The translations under genes and the position numbers were made by a program. This document shows, piece after piece, positions 27,401 to 38,477 of a stretch of DNA of 64,000 nucleotides (position 1 is the first letter of the stretch; each line of letters starts with the position of its first letter). The notes beneath the pieces were generated by a model, which ran no database searches, had not been told where the DNA came from, and saw only the letters and a program-made list of their open reading frames with translations. This DNA is from Ophelia neglecta. Lineage: Eukaryota. The stretch covers positions 85,746,001-85,810,000 of the forward strand of contig OZ260661.1 of the NCBI GenBank assembly GCA_965285935.1. The letters run 5' to 3'.

Positions 27401-27629
27401 AATATAGTCCCAATATATGAACTGAACTGGATGGTCGAACTGAAACATTAGTTAAGAAATCCAGCAACATTAACATTTAGAGGTATGGAAGGTTGTGGTA
27501 CTTGTCTCAAAGGGCACATGTTGAACTGGGGCCATACTTTAAAAACAATAAGAAAAAAATAATTGCTATAAATCAAAAGTTTATTTTAAAAACAGATATA
27601 TTTACCGAAAATAAACTAATTTAAAATTG

Positions 27630-29202
27630 CAACAACTAACCCCCAACCCAGAGAAAGTAGTCTCCACCAAGGGATCAAGTTGTCACACTCTAGGTCAACA
27701 ACTAACCCCCAACCCAGAGAAAGTAGTCTCCAACAAGGGATCAAGTTGTCACACTCTAGGTCAAACTAACCCCAACCCAGAAAAAAGTAGTCTCCAACAA
27801 GGGATCAAGTTGTCACACTCTAGGTCAACAACTAACCCTTAACCCAGAGAAAGTAGTCTCCAACAAGGGATCAAGTTGTCACCCTCTAGGTCAACAACTA
27901 ACCCCCAACCCAGAGATAGTAGTCTCCACCAAGGGATCAAGTTGTCACACTCTAGGTCAACAACTAACCCCCAACCCAGAGAAAGTAGTTTCCACCAAGG
28001 GATCAAACTGTCACACTCTAGGTCAACAAATAACCCCCAACCCAGAGATAGTAGTCTCCACCAAGGGATCAAGTTGTCACACTCTAGGTCAACAACTAAC
28101 CCCCAACCCAGAGAAAGTAGTCTCCAACAAGGGATCAAGTAGTCACACTCTAGGTCAAACTAACCCCCAACCCAGAGATAGTAGTCTCCACCAAGGGATC
28201 AAGTTGTCACACTCTAGGTCAACAACTAACCCCCAACCCAGAGAAAGTAGTTTCCACCAAGGGATCAAACTGTCACACTCTAGGTCAACAACTAACCCCC
28301 AACCCAGAGAAAGTAGTTTCCACCAAGGGATCAAACTGTCACACTCTAGGTCAACAAATAACCCCTAACCCAGAGATAGTAGTCTCCACCAAGGGATCAA
28401 GTTGTCACACTCTAGGTCAACAACTAACCCCCAACCCAGAGAAAGTAGTCTCCAACAAGGGATCAAGTAGTCACACTCTAGGTCAAACTAACCCCCAACC
28501 CAGAGATAGTAGTCTCCACCAAGGGATCAAGTTGTCACACTCTAGGTCAACAACTAACCCCCAACCCAGAGAAAGTAGTTTCCACCAAGGGATCAAACTG
28601 TCACACTCTAGGTCAACAACTAACCCCCAACCCAGAGAAAGTAGTTTCCACCAAGGGATCAAACTGTCACACTCTAGGTCAACAACTAACCCCCAACCCA
28701 GAGAAAGTAGTCTCCACCAAGGGATCAAACTGTCACACTCTAGGTCAACAACTAACCCCCAACCCAGAGAAAGTAGTCTCCAACAAGGGATCAAACTGTC
28801 ACACTCTAGGTCAACAACTAACCCCAACCCAGAGAAAGTAGTCTCCAACAAGGGATCAAGTTGTCACACTCTAGGTCAAACTAACCCCCAACCCAGAGAT
28901 AGTAGTCTCCACCAAGGGATCAAGTTGTCACACTCTAGGTCAACAACTAACCCCCAACCCAGAGAAAGTAGTTTCCACCAAGGGATCAAACTGTCACACT
29001 CTAGGTCAACAAATAACCCCCAACCCAGAGATAGTAGTCTCCACCAAGGGATCAAGTTGTCACACTCTAGGTCAACAACTAACCCCCAACCCAGAGAAAG
29101 TAGTCTCCACTACAGGATCAAGTTGTCCCACTCTTGGTCAACAACTAACCCCAATCTGGAAAAAGTAGTCTCGGCTATAGGATAAAGTTGTCAAACCTTG
29201 GT
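27630..29202. repeat. Minisatellite, 24 copies of a ~66-bp unit with higher-order structure
   Basis: Unit caacaactaacccccaacccagagaaagtagtctccaccaagggatcaagttgtcacactctaggt, head to tail with no unique spacers; 64-66 bp variants; the last two units are degenerate. Confidence 0.98.
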
Positions 29203-30366
29203 GATAAGTTAGATTAACCCCCATGTTAACAAGAACAAAATATCTTAATCATACACAAAAATACCTTAATCATACAAAAAAATCATCTGAAAGTAGAGAA
29301 CATTACAAGCGAATGCTCCTTTAAAAAATATCACAGGAAATATTCATCAGTATTATTCCTGTCACAGAAGTTCCTGGAACGCATAGTTTCCTACAGTTGC
29401 CAATAAGGGAGACATTTTGGAAGACAGTAGGATTACTGAGTGGTAGAGATGGGGGATTTGGACTGAGAATAAGGGTGGTGATTTTTGCTTAAAGTAGGGG
29501 CTGACCAACCAACATTTCCTAACCCTCCCTCTTGGTAATGAATGACTAGTCTTTAACTTTAACTGCTCAGGTACAACCCATATTTAAATTTTATTCACTT
29601 CATTATCATATTTGTCTTGATTTAGGCGCCATTATTCTTAAAAAATACTGAATAATCAGATGCTTATGACTGTCTAAGATTCCAAATTCAAGGTACAACA
29701 TTGAAATGTGAATCTCAAGTGCATTTTACACAAAGTAAGCGTATTTCTACACTCTCAAGGTCTTCACACATTGCTTAGGTGCTACTTGTCACTTTTTGCT
29801 CTGCATAAATGCATATCATGTGTCAATACCTGGCCAGATCTTATGATTACCTGTAAAATATTTTTGTTCAGCAAAGAAATAGAATATGCAAGGTGACCTT
29901 GTTATATCCTACATAGCATTTTTCATTGGGATGCACAAGCATGGAATTTACTCCCTTTTGTTTTTATAAGAAACATGCTTTATCTTCATCGCTACTCCTA
30001 TAGTAATTTTACCATTTGCAAGATAGCATAGGCTTCCCCCTGCTGTGCGGCACATCGACTGTCTTGTGGGTGAAAATGGATGCTCCTTTTATTTACTTTT
30101 TACACTATGTTCATATGTTGTGAAGGCTAACTGACTGCAAACACTTGGGCTTTCTTGTGAGCACCACACACATGTAAATTATTCGACAGTTGAATGTTTG
30201 CTTTGTTGCTGTCACTGTTCACACACTGTTGTTTTTTATAGTTCTGAACCAGTGATATATGTCAGCCAACCAGGTTTTCATTATGAAATAGCGCAGGGAA
30301 GTTATTATAGCTGCATTGTGGGTTAAGTGCTGTGAACCGTGCTGCTTCAGACCACTAGATTCTAGC

Positions 30367-30395
30367 ATGCAGCCAAGCCTGAGTAACAATCTGAG
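30367..30395 (+). CDS. trh: Candidate first coding exon A of trh/NPAS1-3 (MQPSLSNNL-S)
   Basis: ATG at 30367, nine codons plus AG, then a strong donor GAG|GTAAGA at 30396. Phase 2 joins the bHLH exon as AG+C=Ser, giving SILELRKEK. It could alternatively be a 45-nt internal exon from acceptor cttcAG at 30350. No homology support. Confidence 0.5.
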
Positions 30396-31268
30396 GTAAG
30401 AGGTGTGTGGTGGTTACTTTCGTAACATGCTGTTAGGATACACACCAAACAAGGAAAGAACACGCAATTCTGAACATGACAAACATAGAAAGTGGCTAAG
30501 CACATGTTCTAGGAAACGGAGATTACTATTGGGCAGGCAGTCACGCTCGGATCGTCTGGGGATAGCGGCTTGGGGCCATGCTGGAGATCAGAGATCACAT
30601 ACCAGCCATTAGACATGGCATCCTCTGTCCTTCAGTAACACCTCGGAGACCAGAGCACCAGGACACACATTGGCACTGGTCATACTCCACCTCCTCTCAA
30701 TCTGGATAGCTGCTCTATACAGATCGCTCCCAAAGAACTTTAGTCCAGCACCCACTAAGTGTTATTCTTTAATTCACACAATATATTTGCTGTTCAAGAG
30801 CAATGTTTACAACAGATAGCTCTAGAATTGATTGTGGAGGAATTGCAAGCCAGGACAAAAACTAGAAATTGTAACTTGCTCTTCTAGGCATTCTAACGAG
30901 CAAGGCAGAACAGCCGACAGACTTATACAGTTGAACTCCCCACAGAGTTGAGAACTGTAAAAAGACAAGGGAAATTAGGAAATTTACAGGTTTGCTGGTG
31001 GCTGCAGCAATTGGCAGAGCGTGGTTGTGTCTGGAAGAGAACATGTGCAGTGATGTCAGTAGCAGAGCCTGAGAAGCATTGGTAGCCCAGCCCTCATCAG
31101 AATTTCAAATGACTGGAAGAAGCATGCGGCCGGCACCACATGCATATTGAGCACTCACTTGTCCGAGCGACTGGCATTGACTCCCTGAGACTCTTTCACT
31201 TAGATGGTTACTTGCAGGGACTGAACTTGGACATTCTCATGCTCTGGGAGACTGACAGACCTACCACC

Positions 31269-31378
31269 ATGCTTCATGCTCACACCCCCCTTTCCATGTC
31301 ACTGTGTCATGTCAATTTTCCAGGGAAGATGCAGACGTCTATTCCAAGTCAGATGTACATGCCAAACACGTTTGAAGG
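31269..31378 (+). CDS. trh: Candidate alternative first coding exon B of trh/NPAS1-3 (MLHAHTPLSMSLCHVNFPGKMQTSIPSQMYMPNTFE-G)
   Basis: Kozak-like CCACCATG at 31264-31271 and an open frame to a phase-2 donor AGG|GTTAGC at 31379, followed by an abrupt shift to T-rich intron-like sequence. The donor is only moderate; no homology support. Confidence 0.38.
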
Positions 31379-32715
31379 GTTAGCATTGACTTTTTTAAAT
31401 CTCTATATAGTCTGTCATTTTTACTTGTTTTCAACAGGATGAATGTCATTGCTTCTTTTTACAATTACTTTTGTAGAATGTTTTATACAATTATCTCTAA
31501 GGTTCTGAGGATTCAACTAGCGCAGTACTTGAAATGACCACCCAGGTCAATTAAAGGTTATTTGTATGGTGAAGCTGTCCACTGCTAATTGTCCAAAGAA
31601 GGACCGTACTTCACATATAATGCAGCAGCACACCCCTTGAATGGGACCTTGTCTTCATTGATTTTCAATTGCTATGACTTAAGGAAGCTATAGGGCTTTT
31701 GTAAACAGATAAGGCCTGTTGAGTTGTATACAAGTTAGGCCGCGGTGATCGCCATTATAGAAAGTTAACTTACCATGATCTATAGCCTTAGAGTGGACTA
31801 CTATAACTGTTTACCACCTTTCAGAGCTGGGCATAGCGAAGATGGTGGAATTAGAGATGCTTTGGTGCACATCAATTGTATCTTTTCTCAGGGCGAGCAT
31901 TTGCAACTTTTCGGCATTTGACATGTAAAAATAGAAGAATTCCAGGTTTCCCGGGCCGACGGCGCGGGCATGTTAGGCTGTGATGGCACGTAGCTGAGGG
32001 TGCCCTCTGTACACCCCTTGCTGTTAACCTCTTTGCCAGGTCCTTTTGGTCGGAGTCAAAAGAATACAGAGGCGAATTATGCAGCCGACTTGAACTGAAA
32101 TGTCCTCCCTCTTGTTGTCAACATTTCATGACACTTGTAGAAAGAGGATTTAGTTTGTTCTCTTTCACTATAACTTTTCAACTTGGAGTAATTTTATTGT
32201 CACAGCATTGTCCTCTTCACAAATGAATACATTTTGTCATCATGGAGTGCACTTTTCATATAATAGATGCATTCTTTTGTGCTGTTCACTAATTAATCAT
32301 AATTTCTATGACACCTGAGTTGGCCGTATGGTCTTGAAACTCTGGATTATAAATGTGTGTCATATGACTTATGACACACATAAATTAAACTTGGCAAAAT
32401 GTCATAATTGTACACCTTAAACATGCAATGCAGTTCTATGGTCCATCTAGGTTTTATGTGCATATTTTTGTACTTTTGCATCTTGGTGAATTATTTAGGA
32501 TCATAATTTTGTTGTCTATGCCACACTTTATCTGGGAAATAAATGTCAGTGTTCTTTGCAAGTACTTAATTTTGGTTTGTCACTTGAAAAAATAACTAAC
32601 CAAAAACCACTTGGGAGAAGAAGCATTAATCCCAATAAAACTAACGAGTATTGCTAGTAATGCATAAAAGCCAGTTTATAAATCTGAATTGTAACACAGT
32701 ATCAATCAATTTCAG

Positions 32716-32754
32716 GCACGGTGTCACGGAGTTTGACGCAACACACTTTGGCCC
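32716..32754 (+). CDS. trh: Candidate 39-nt symmetric (phase 2-2) cassette exon just upstream of the bHLH exon (x-HGVTEFDATHFG-P)
   Basis: tttcAG ends at 32715 and GTAAGT starts at 32755. Length is divisible by 3, the frame is open in the phase the bHLH exon needs, and it carries a local CpG cluster in CpG-poor AT-rich surroundings. Confidence 0.5.
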
Positions 32755-33067
32755 GTAAGTAATGAACCTACACTTCTTGCAGTTTCTCTTAGTAGTCTAG
32801 TTTAATTTGGAAAATCAATTTTTCAGGACCAGTAATAATGCCTCTTAGTATGGAAATAATATTTGTCAAAATTAGTTCTGTAGTAAAGCATATGGCTGAA
32901 TTACCTTGCAAGCTAGGTGTTAAGTGATTGTTACCTTTGTACGTAAAAAAAAAATTGGGCTTGTGTTATATAGCTATGGTTCAATAATATGTTAAATGGC
33001 TAAAGAATTTTCTACATATTACTCAGATGAATTGTAGTAATTCCCTTTCCATTTGTTACTATTTCAG

Positions 33068-33306
33068 CATCTTGGAGTTGAGAAAGGAAAAATCCCGAGA
33101 TGCGGCAAGGTCTAGAAGAGGCAAAGAAAACTATGAATTTTATGAACTGGCAAAAATGCTGCCCTTGCCAGCTGCGATAACAAGCCAACTGGACAAGGCC
33201 TCCATCATTCGGCTCACAATAAGTTGCCTCAAACTCCGTGATTTCTCCAGTACTGGTGATCCACCGTGGCAACGTGACGGCCCACCACCAAATAAGGCAG
33301 TTAAAG
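33068..33306 (+). CDS. trh: trachealess/NPAS1-3 bHLH-PAS transcription factor, bHLH exon (phase 2 in, phase 1 out)
   Basis: Acceptor tatttcAG ends at 33067; donor AAG|GTAGGA at 33307. Translates as [79 protein letters not shown], the recognisable Trh/NPAS1/NPAS3 bHLH ([30 protein letters not shown] distinguish it from Sim and HIF-alpha). Confidence 0.97.
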
Positions 33307-36300
33307 GTAGGAAAATTCTTATTAGTATCCTTGAAATAACTTTGAAAAAGTCTAAATTAATACATGGCCTGTTGGCATGTTACAAATGGGTCTTTTCACT
33401 GAAATTGAATGGTGAATAAATTTAGGCCACTGTTTATAAATATAAACAAGCAATACTCAGACTTCCCTATTGATGACAATGACTGGTTTAGCAGGATGGA
33501 CAATGCACTTTCTGGTACATCACAAGGTTTTGGTTGACCTGGCCGCTGATGCAATTTATGGCACTCTTTTGTATCTAACCCAATTGCAGCTGGGTAAGTC
33601 CAGCCACTTTATGCCATCAGAGCAACACGCTGTGCACTTAGCCATCCATCTCTATGAGCTGCTGCTATCCCATCTAAGTCTCTTTCCCCTAATATGGAGA
33701 CATGCACTTGTCTTACATAGGGAATCAATTAAACTGTCCAACGACACCATCTGAGTGATTTCGGGGCACATTTTAGTGTGGGAGCTCCTTACAGCGACAT
33801 AACATGGACAAGATTCACTCGGAAGGCTTGCTATGAACAGGGGATGCGACTCCCGAGGGGCCTGTTGCATGATGAATGTTCCCAACGTTAAAACTGCGAT
33901 TGACGGGTCATTGATACTGTCTGATTTAGACCCATACTTACTGGATCTCTGAGATTAAATATAATGAAGTCTAGAATCTCGCGGCAATCCTCTTTCGCGG
34001 CATTCAACTTGAGAATTGTCCGGTGATAGTCTTGCTGTTTCAGTGGAGGATTTAGCGCCTTTCTCCCCTCGATGTTCCTACTGTTCACCTCAAGGATAGA
34101 TGGTCAGATAGGCTGAATTGCTGCCCATTTCAGGGGTACTTCATTTAGGTTGCAGTTCTTTAATGGTCCTGCAAGATCCCATTACATAGAAGTAGTTTCC
34201 AAAAAGCATTTTAAGAGAGTAGTTAGCTTATCTCTGATGGCAATAGATTGTGAAACCTTTGTTTGAGGATTATTCAGCATTTTAAAGGTTTTCTTGCCAC
34301 TTTGAATACTCTCTACACTGTACGAGCTTGGTTTTATACTGTAAACTTGGCAATCAACCATTTTTAGTTTTTTTCTTGCTGCTACTATTGCAATGCTAGT
34401 CCTACTAAATAGGTTTAATAAAGGAATAAATTTTAGCTGAGAACTTCATTTCTGTTATATCTTATATAACAAAATGTGCTGTTTTCGATTTTGCAACCAG
34501 GCCATTTCAAATGGACAATGTACCAGTACTGCTGATCACTGAAGTGGGATACAATGGACAAGGCAGATGGTAGAATATACCTGCCACTTTCAACTTACAT
34601 TCTCTTTTCAATGTTTATGCAAATGAGATCATAATCCTTTTTTTAAGTAAATACATGTAGTTGATTAAGCAGAAACAGGCACAATTAAAAAGCAGCTGGT
34701 TTCTTCGAAACAACCAACTAAATGCATGACCATAGAATAATCAACAAAAAATCTAACCAAGTGATTGGTTAATGATATTAAAGCATTTTTGTTTTCATCC
34801 TTTTTAATATTTCCTCTTTTGTCAGATTCAATGAAAATTATCAACAATTTATTTTACTGAATGTATGCTATTCGAATAAACCTAGCACCCATGTACAATG
34901 GACAATGTAGTACTGGCATGCATCATAAAATAAAATTTATAAGTATTTATACCATATCAAGCAAGAATAATTTGAAAATAGAAATGTGAAGATGTGCTTG
35001 GCCTGATCCAGTTGGTGTTAAGCATCACAAATGGAACAGAATCAATAAGCCGAGTCGGACGGCACTGTATAATGACTTGTACGCCCGGCTCCAACAGCAT
35101 TCCTTTACATTTGGTAATTCCATCATAAAGCTTGATATCTTGGTGGCTATTAGAACGAAACCATATAATCACAGTCCTATAATCCTTGAGCAATATGATC
35201 CAAATTCCTTGGAGTTTTTGATATGGTGATTGTATTTGCCAGAACCTCTGATCTGCTTGGTGTTTAGGGGCATGCCAGAGGTGACAGCGCTCAATTTGAT
35301 TTCATCTGAACATATCATCATCATGACAAAATTTGCAGGCCTTATGATCTTTCCATTGATTTCAGCTGTGCAGTGGACCTCATTTCTATCATTGAATTGT
35401 CTACCACTCGTTATATTGGCACATAGATTTACTTTCAACCTTTGTTTTGAAATGCAGCATTTGCCACATTGATGCATTTTTATCTTAAATATTAGAGAAT
35501 TGCCTTGATATTACCTTTTGTGGCCAAAGCTAGGAATGGACTGTTATGATTAAAAGCATGTACCTGCACCTGCAAGAGTTAACAAGATTCTATTAAGTTC
35601 AAGTTAAAATATTGGGAACATGTCTACCATGCCTTTTAGCTTCAATTGTTTGCCTGCACCATATTCCCGGCTAGGCTGTTTGCCACTAAGTTGCTTTAAT
35701 CAACGGTCTTTGGAAGCCCTGATCCCTAAAGATCCAGGAGTGAATGAATCACTGATGAGTGCTTAAGACTGGAGGAAGCCTGATGACCAGTCTGGCAATC
35801 TGACCAAGGATCAGAGCCATCCTCAACACTGGATCTCCACTTGCTTCATTTACTTCTGGACATGTAAGCTGGTCAAGTGATTCTCAACTACTGACCCCTC
35901 ATGGCACGCCCATCATGCCAACTGGTGGAAATACAGTCAATGTGATTTGCTTTGTTTCAAACCTGTATCTGATCAGTATGGCATTTTTGTTAAAAAGCCA
36001 TCAAATGTATGCAACATAACGGATGTGTTGGACAGTCAAGCTACCTTTTTAGGGACATTCTTTTCTGGAATTTTTCACTTATCAATTTTGAAATTTCCAA
36101 AAGCAGCAGTTGAAGAGAGCTAATAATTCTATTATCTTCAGACAGTTTTTGTTTCTTGTGTGAAGCTACCCAGATGGTGTATACAAAATGGTTAGCCACT
36201 TAATTTAAAAACCAAGTTTACAGTATTGTGCTTATAATGAAGCAATGCTTTGTACTAAGCAGGAGGTTTGCTTATATATGTACATGTATTTTATGTTAAT

Positions 36301-38390
36301 AGTTTAAAGCATACTTAATGTGCCATCCAACAGGAAAACTTATTGTAAAGAGAATGTTTTGAAGAGTGCATTCATTTGATTCACTGCAATGCCACAGCCA
36401 GAAAACACACTTCACATATTACTGCAAATAAATTTGCACTCATGCAGTGTTAATGCAGCATGCTAAGAAAGAATAAATTGTGTGCTATCTTTTGATGGTA
36501 ATCTTTATATTGACCTTATCATTTCATCAAGTGAAATGGGGCTTTTCTGAACAAGGCATCTACTTTTAACCCCAAACCAAGCAGAAGTGTAGGTGAAAGG
36601 CTTAGAACTATTGGTCAAATGGTGCATGCTACCAAATTTTTAAATAAATTGGAGATTTCAGCACAACTATTTCAGCTGAATTCACTTTACATAATAGTAG
36701 TGTTTGGTACATTAGACTTGTATAGGGTGTGAGTCCTATTCTCTACAAGCACAAACCTTAGATCTTCTACATGGAGTGCTGACAGGCCAGCTGGGATGTT
36801 AATGGTATTAAAATGGGGTCTCTTATTGAAAAATAACAATATATAGTTTGCCATCACCGCAACAGCAGATATTACAGAATATTTGTGATATTCTAGGAAT
36901 TTCATTCATTATACTTTTGACCACGGGTCAGTACAGAGATCATATACAACAGAACTGAATGAAACCTATTTGTGTTCTTTTCTCCATGCCGCATTAAAGG
37001 ACCTGTCATACAACTGTGAAAGCAGATGATTCATTACAGTCTCTTTACTACTGTAAGAATAACAACACAATGTATTAAATTTGCAAGTTATCATTGTCAG
37101 AACAAAAAATACCACAAGTAAAAGTATTACAAAGAAACGTCCTTGTAATTTTCTTTTGAGTGAATAGAACATTAAAGCATGTTCATTATGCCAAGGATTC
37201 CCCATTTTCATAGATGTAAACTGTGTTGTTTGAAGGCACAAATAAATATATATTCTGCCAGTCATCTTAGCATTAAATGAAAACATCCACAATCTCTATA
37301 CACAGATTCACTATAATAATGGTTGTACTGTGTAATTTACATAGTAATAGATATATATTAAAACAACAGGTATCAATATTGTTAGTTGACAATGCAAATG
37401 TGCTAAAATAGTTGAAAACATCAAATACAAGCTCCAATCTCCTAGATGGTCAGCACTAAGAATATAAATTTACCATAATCCAATTTAGTGCAAAAATATC
37501 ATGGAACAATCTCTTTGGCATTAATTTGTAATTGGAAAATTTAGTTCCATGATCATCTGAACATTCCCTAAAATGTGGATTTATTGTCTTCAGTTGGCTT
37601 CAATGACACGGGGTAGTAGAAAACCCTGTCTCTTCACGGACTCAGCCATATCTGTGTGACAACAAGTAGCCACAGATGATAAAACAAGAGATGACAAGGG
37701 GAAAAGGTTATGTCAAATGAGTTGACTTATAAAATTCATAATTGGGCTGATTGTTGCCCACAGGAATTCATTGAGTCTGCTGACAAGTGCTGTGATTGCC
37801 ATTACTGCCTCTTCCTCATTAATAAAAGATGTCAAAAGAAGAGAGAGCAGACTGTAAAGGAGAAAGATCAAGTCTGCTGACAAGACATGGCAGAATTAAT
37901 GAGAATATTAACTAGCTGGATGTTAAAAGCCAAGAAGACACAGGAAAAACAGACTCAACTACCAAAGTATGCATTTGTTTTAATGAATGAAGCAAAAGTA
38001 AATTCATTGTAAAAGAATGTCTTACGGCTAATAGGGAATTACACATAGATACAATACAACTTTATACACATATAGACAATATAATATAACTTTGAAAACA
38101 ATTTAAAATTCTGTTTTTTCACAGTTGCAAGAAGGCCTGCCGAAAATATTAACTTAAATCAGTTTGTGATATTTTTTTTCTAGAAAATGAAGCTAAATAA
38201 ATGTGCTATATTACACCTACCAAAGCCTCCACACATGCTGGTAGAACCTGATATTATGGACTTGTGCTACCTAGGCAACTATGTCATTTTATTAAACCAC
38301 TAACATGAAATGTAGTCATTGCTTAAGTTTCGCAACACCAAATTAACCATGATTTAGTTTTTAAGAAAACTTGTGTCTAATTAATATTCT

Positions 38391-38477
38391 TGCATCCTAC
38401 ATGTATTTGATTTATGCATATTACATGTATTTGATTTATTCATCCTACATGTAATTGATATATTCATCCTACATGTA
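38391..38477. repeat. 24-bp minisatellite, ~3.6 copies, built around TACATGTA
   Basis: t(g/t)catcctacatgtatttgattta repeated; TACATGTA at 38398, 38422, 38446 and 38470. Confidence 0.9.

Noticed and set aside
28532-29185. 217-aa repeat ORF (STTNPQPRESSFHQGIKLSHSR)n and antisense W/L-rich ORFs
   Set aside because: These are by-products of a 66-bp unit. Neighbouring units carry TAG stops and 1-2 bp frameshifts, the start is not ATG, and there is no splice support.
27630-29202. CRISPR array interpretation (also considered for 49873-50310)
   Set aside because: No unique spacers, no cas genes, and a spliceosomal-intron eukaryotic context.
33307-33419. Read-through tail of the 33027-33419 ORF (and leader of the 62681-62971 ORF)
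   Set aside because: Homology stops exactly at canonical splice sites, so the flanks are intron.
35752-35812. CTGATGA/CTGA words suggesting a hammerhead ribozyme or C/D snoRNA
   Set aside because: No stem II plus GAAA core, and no terminal stem or recognisable guide.
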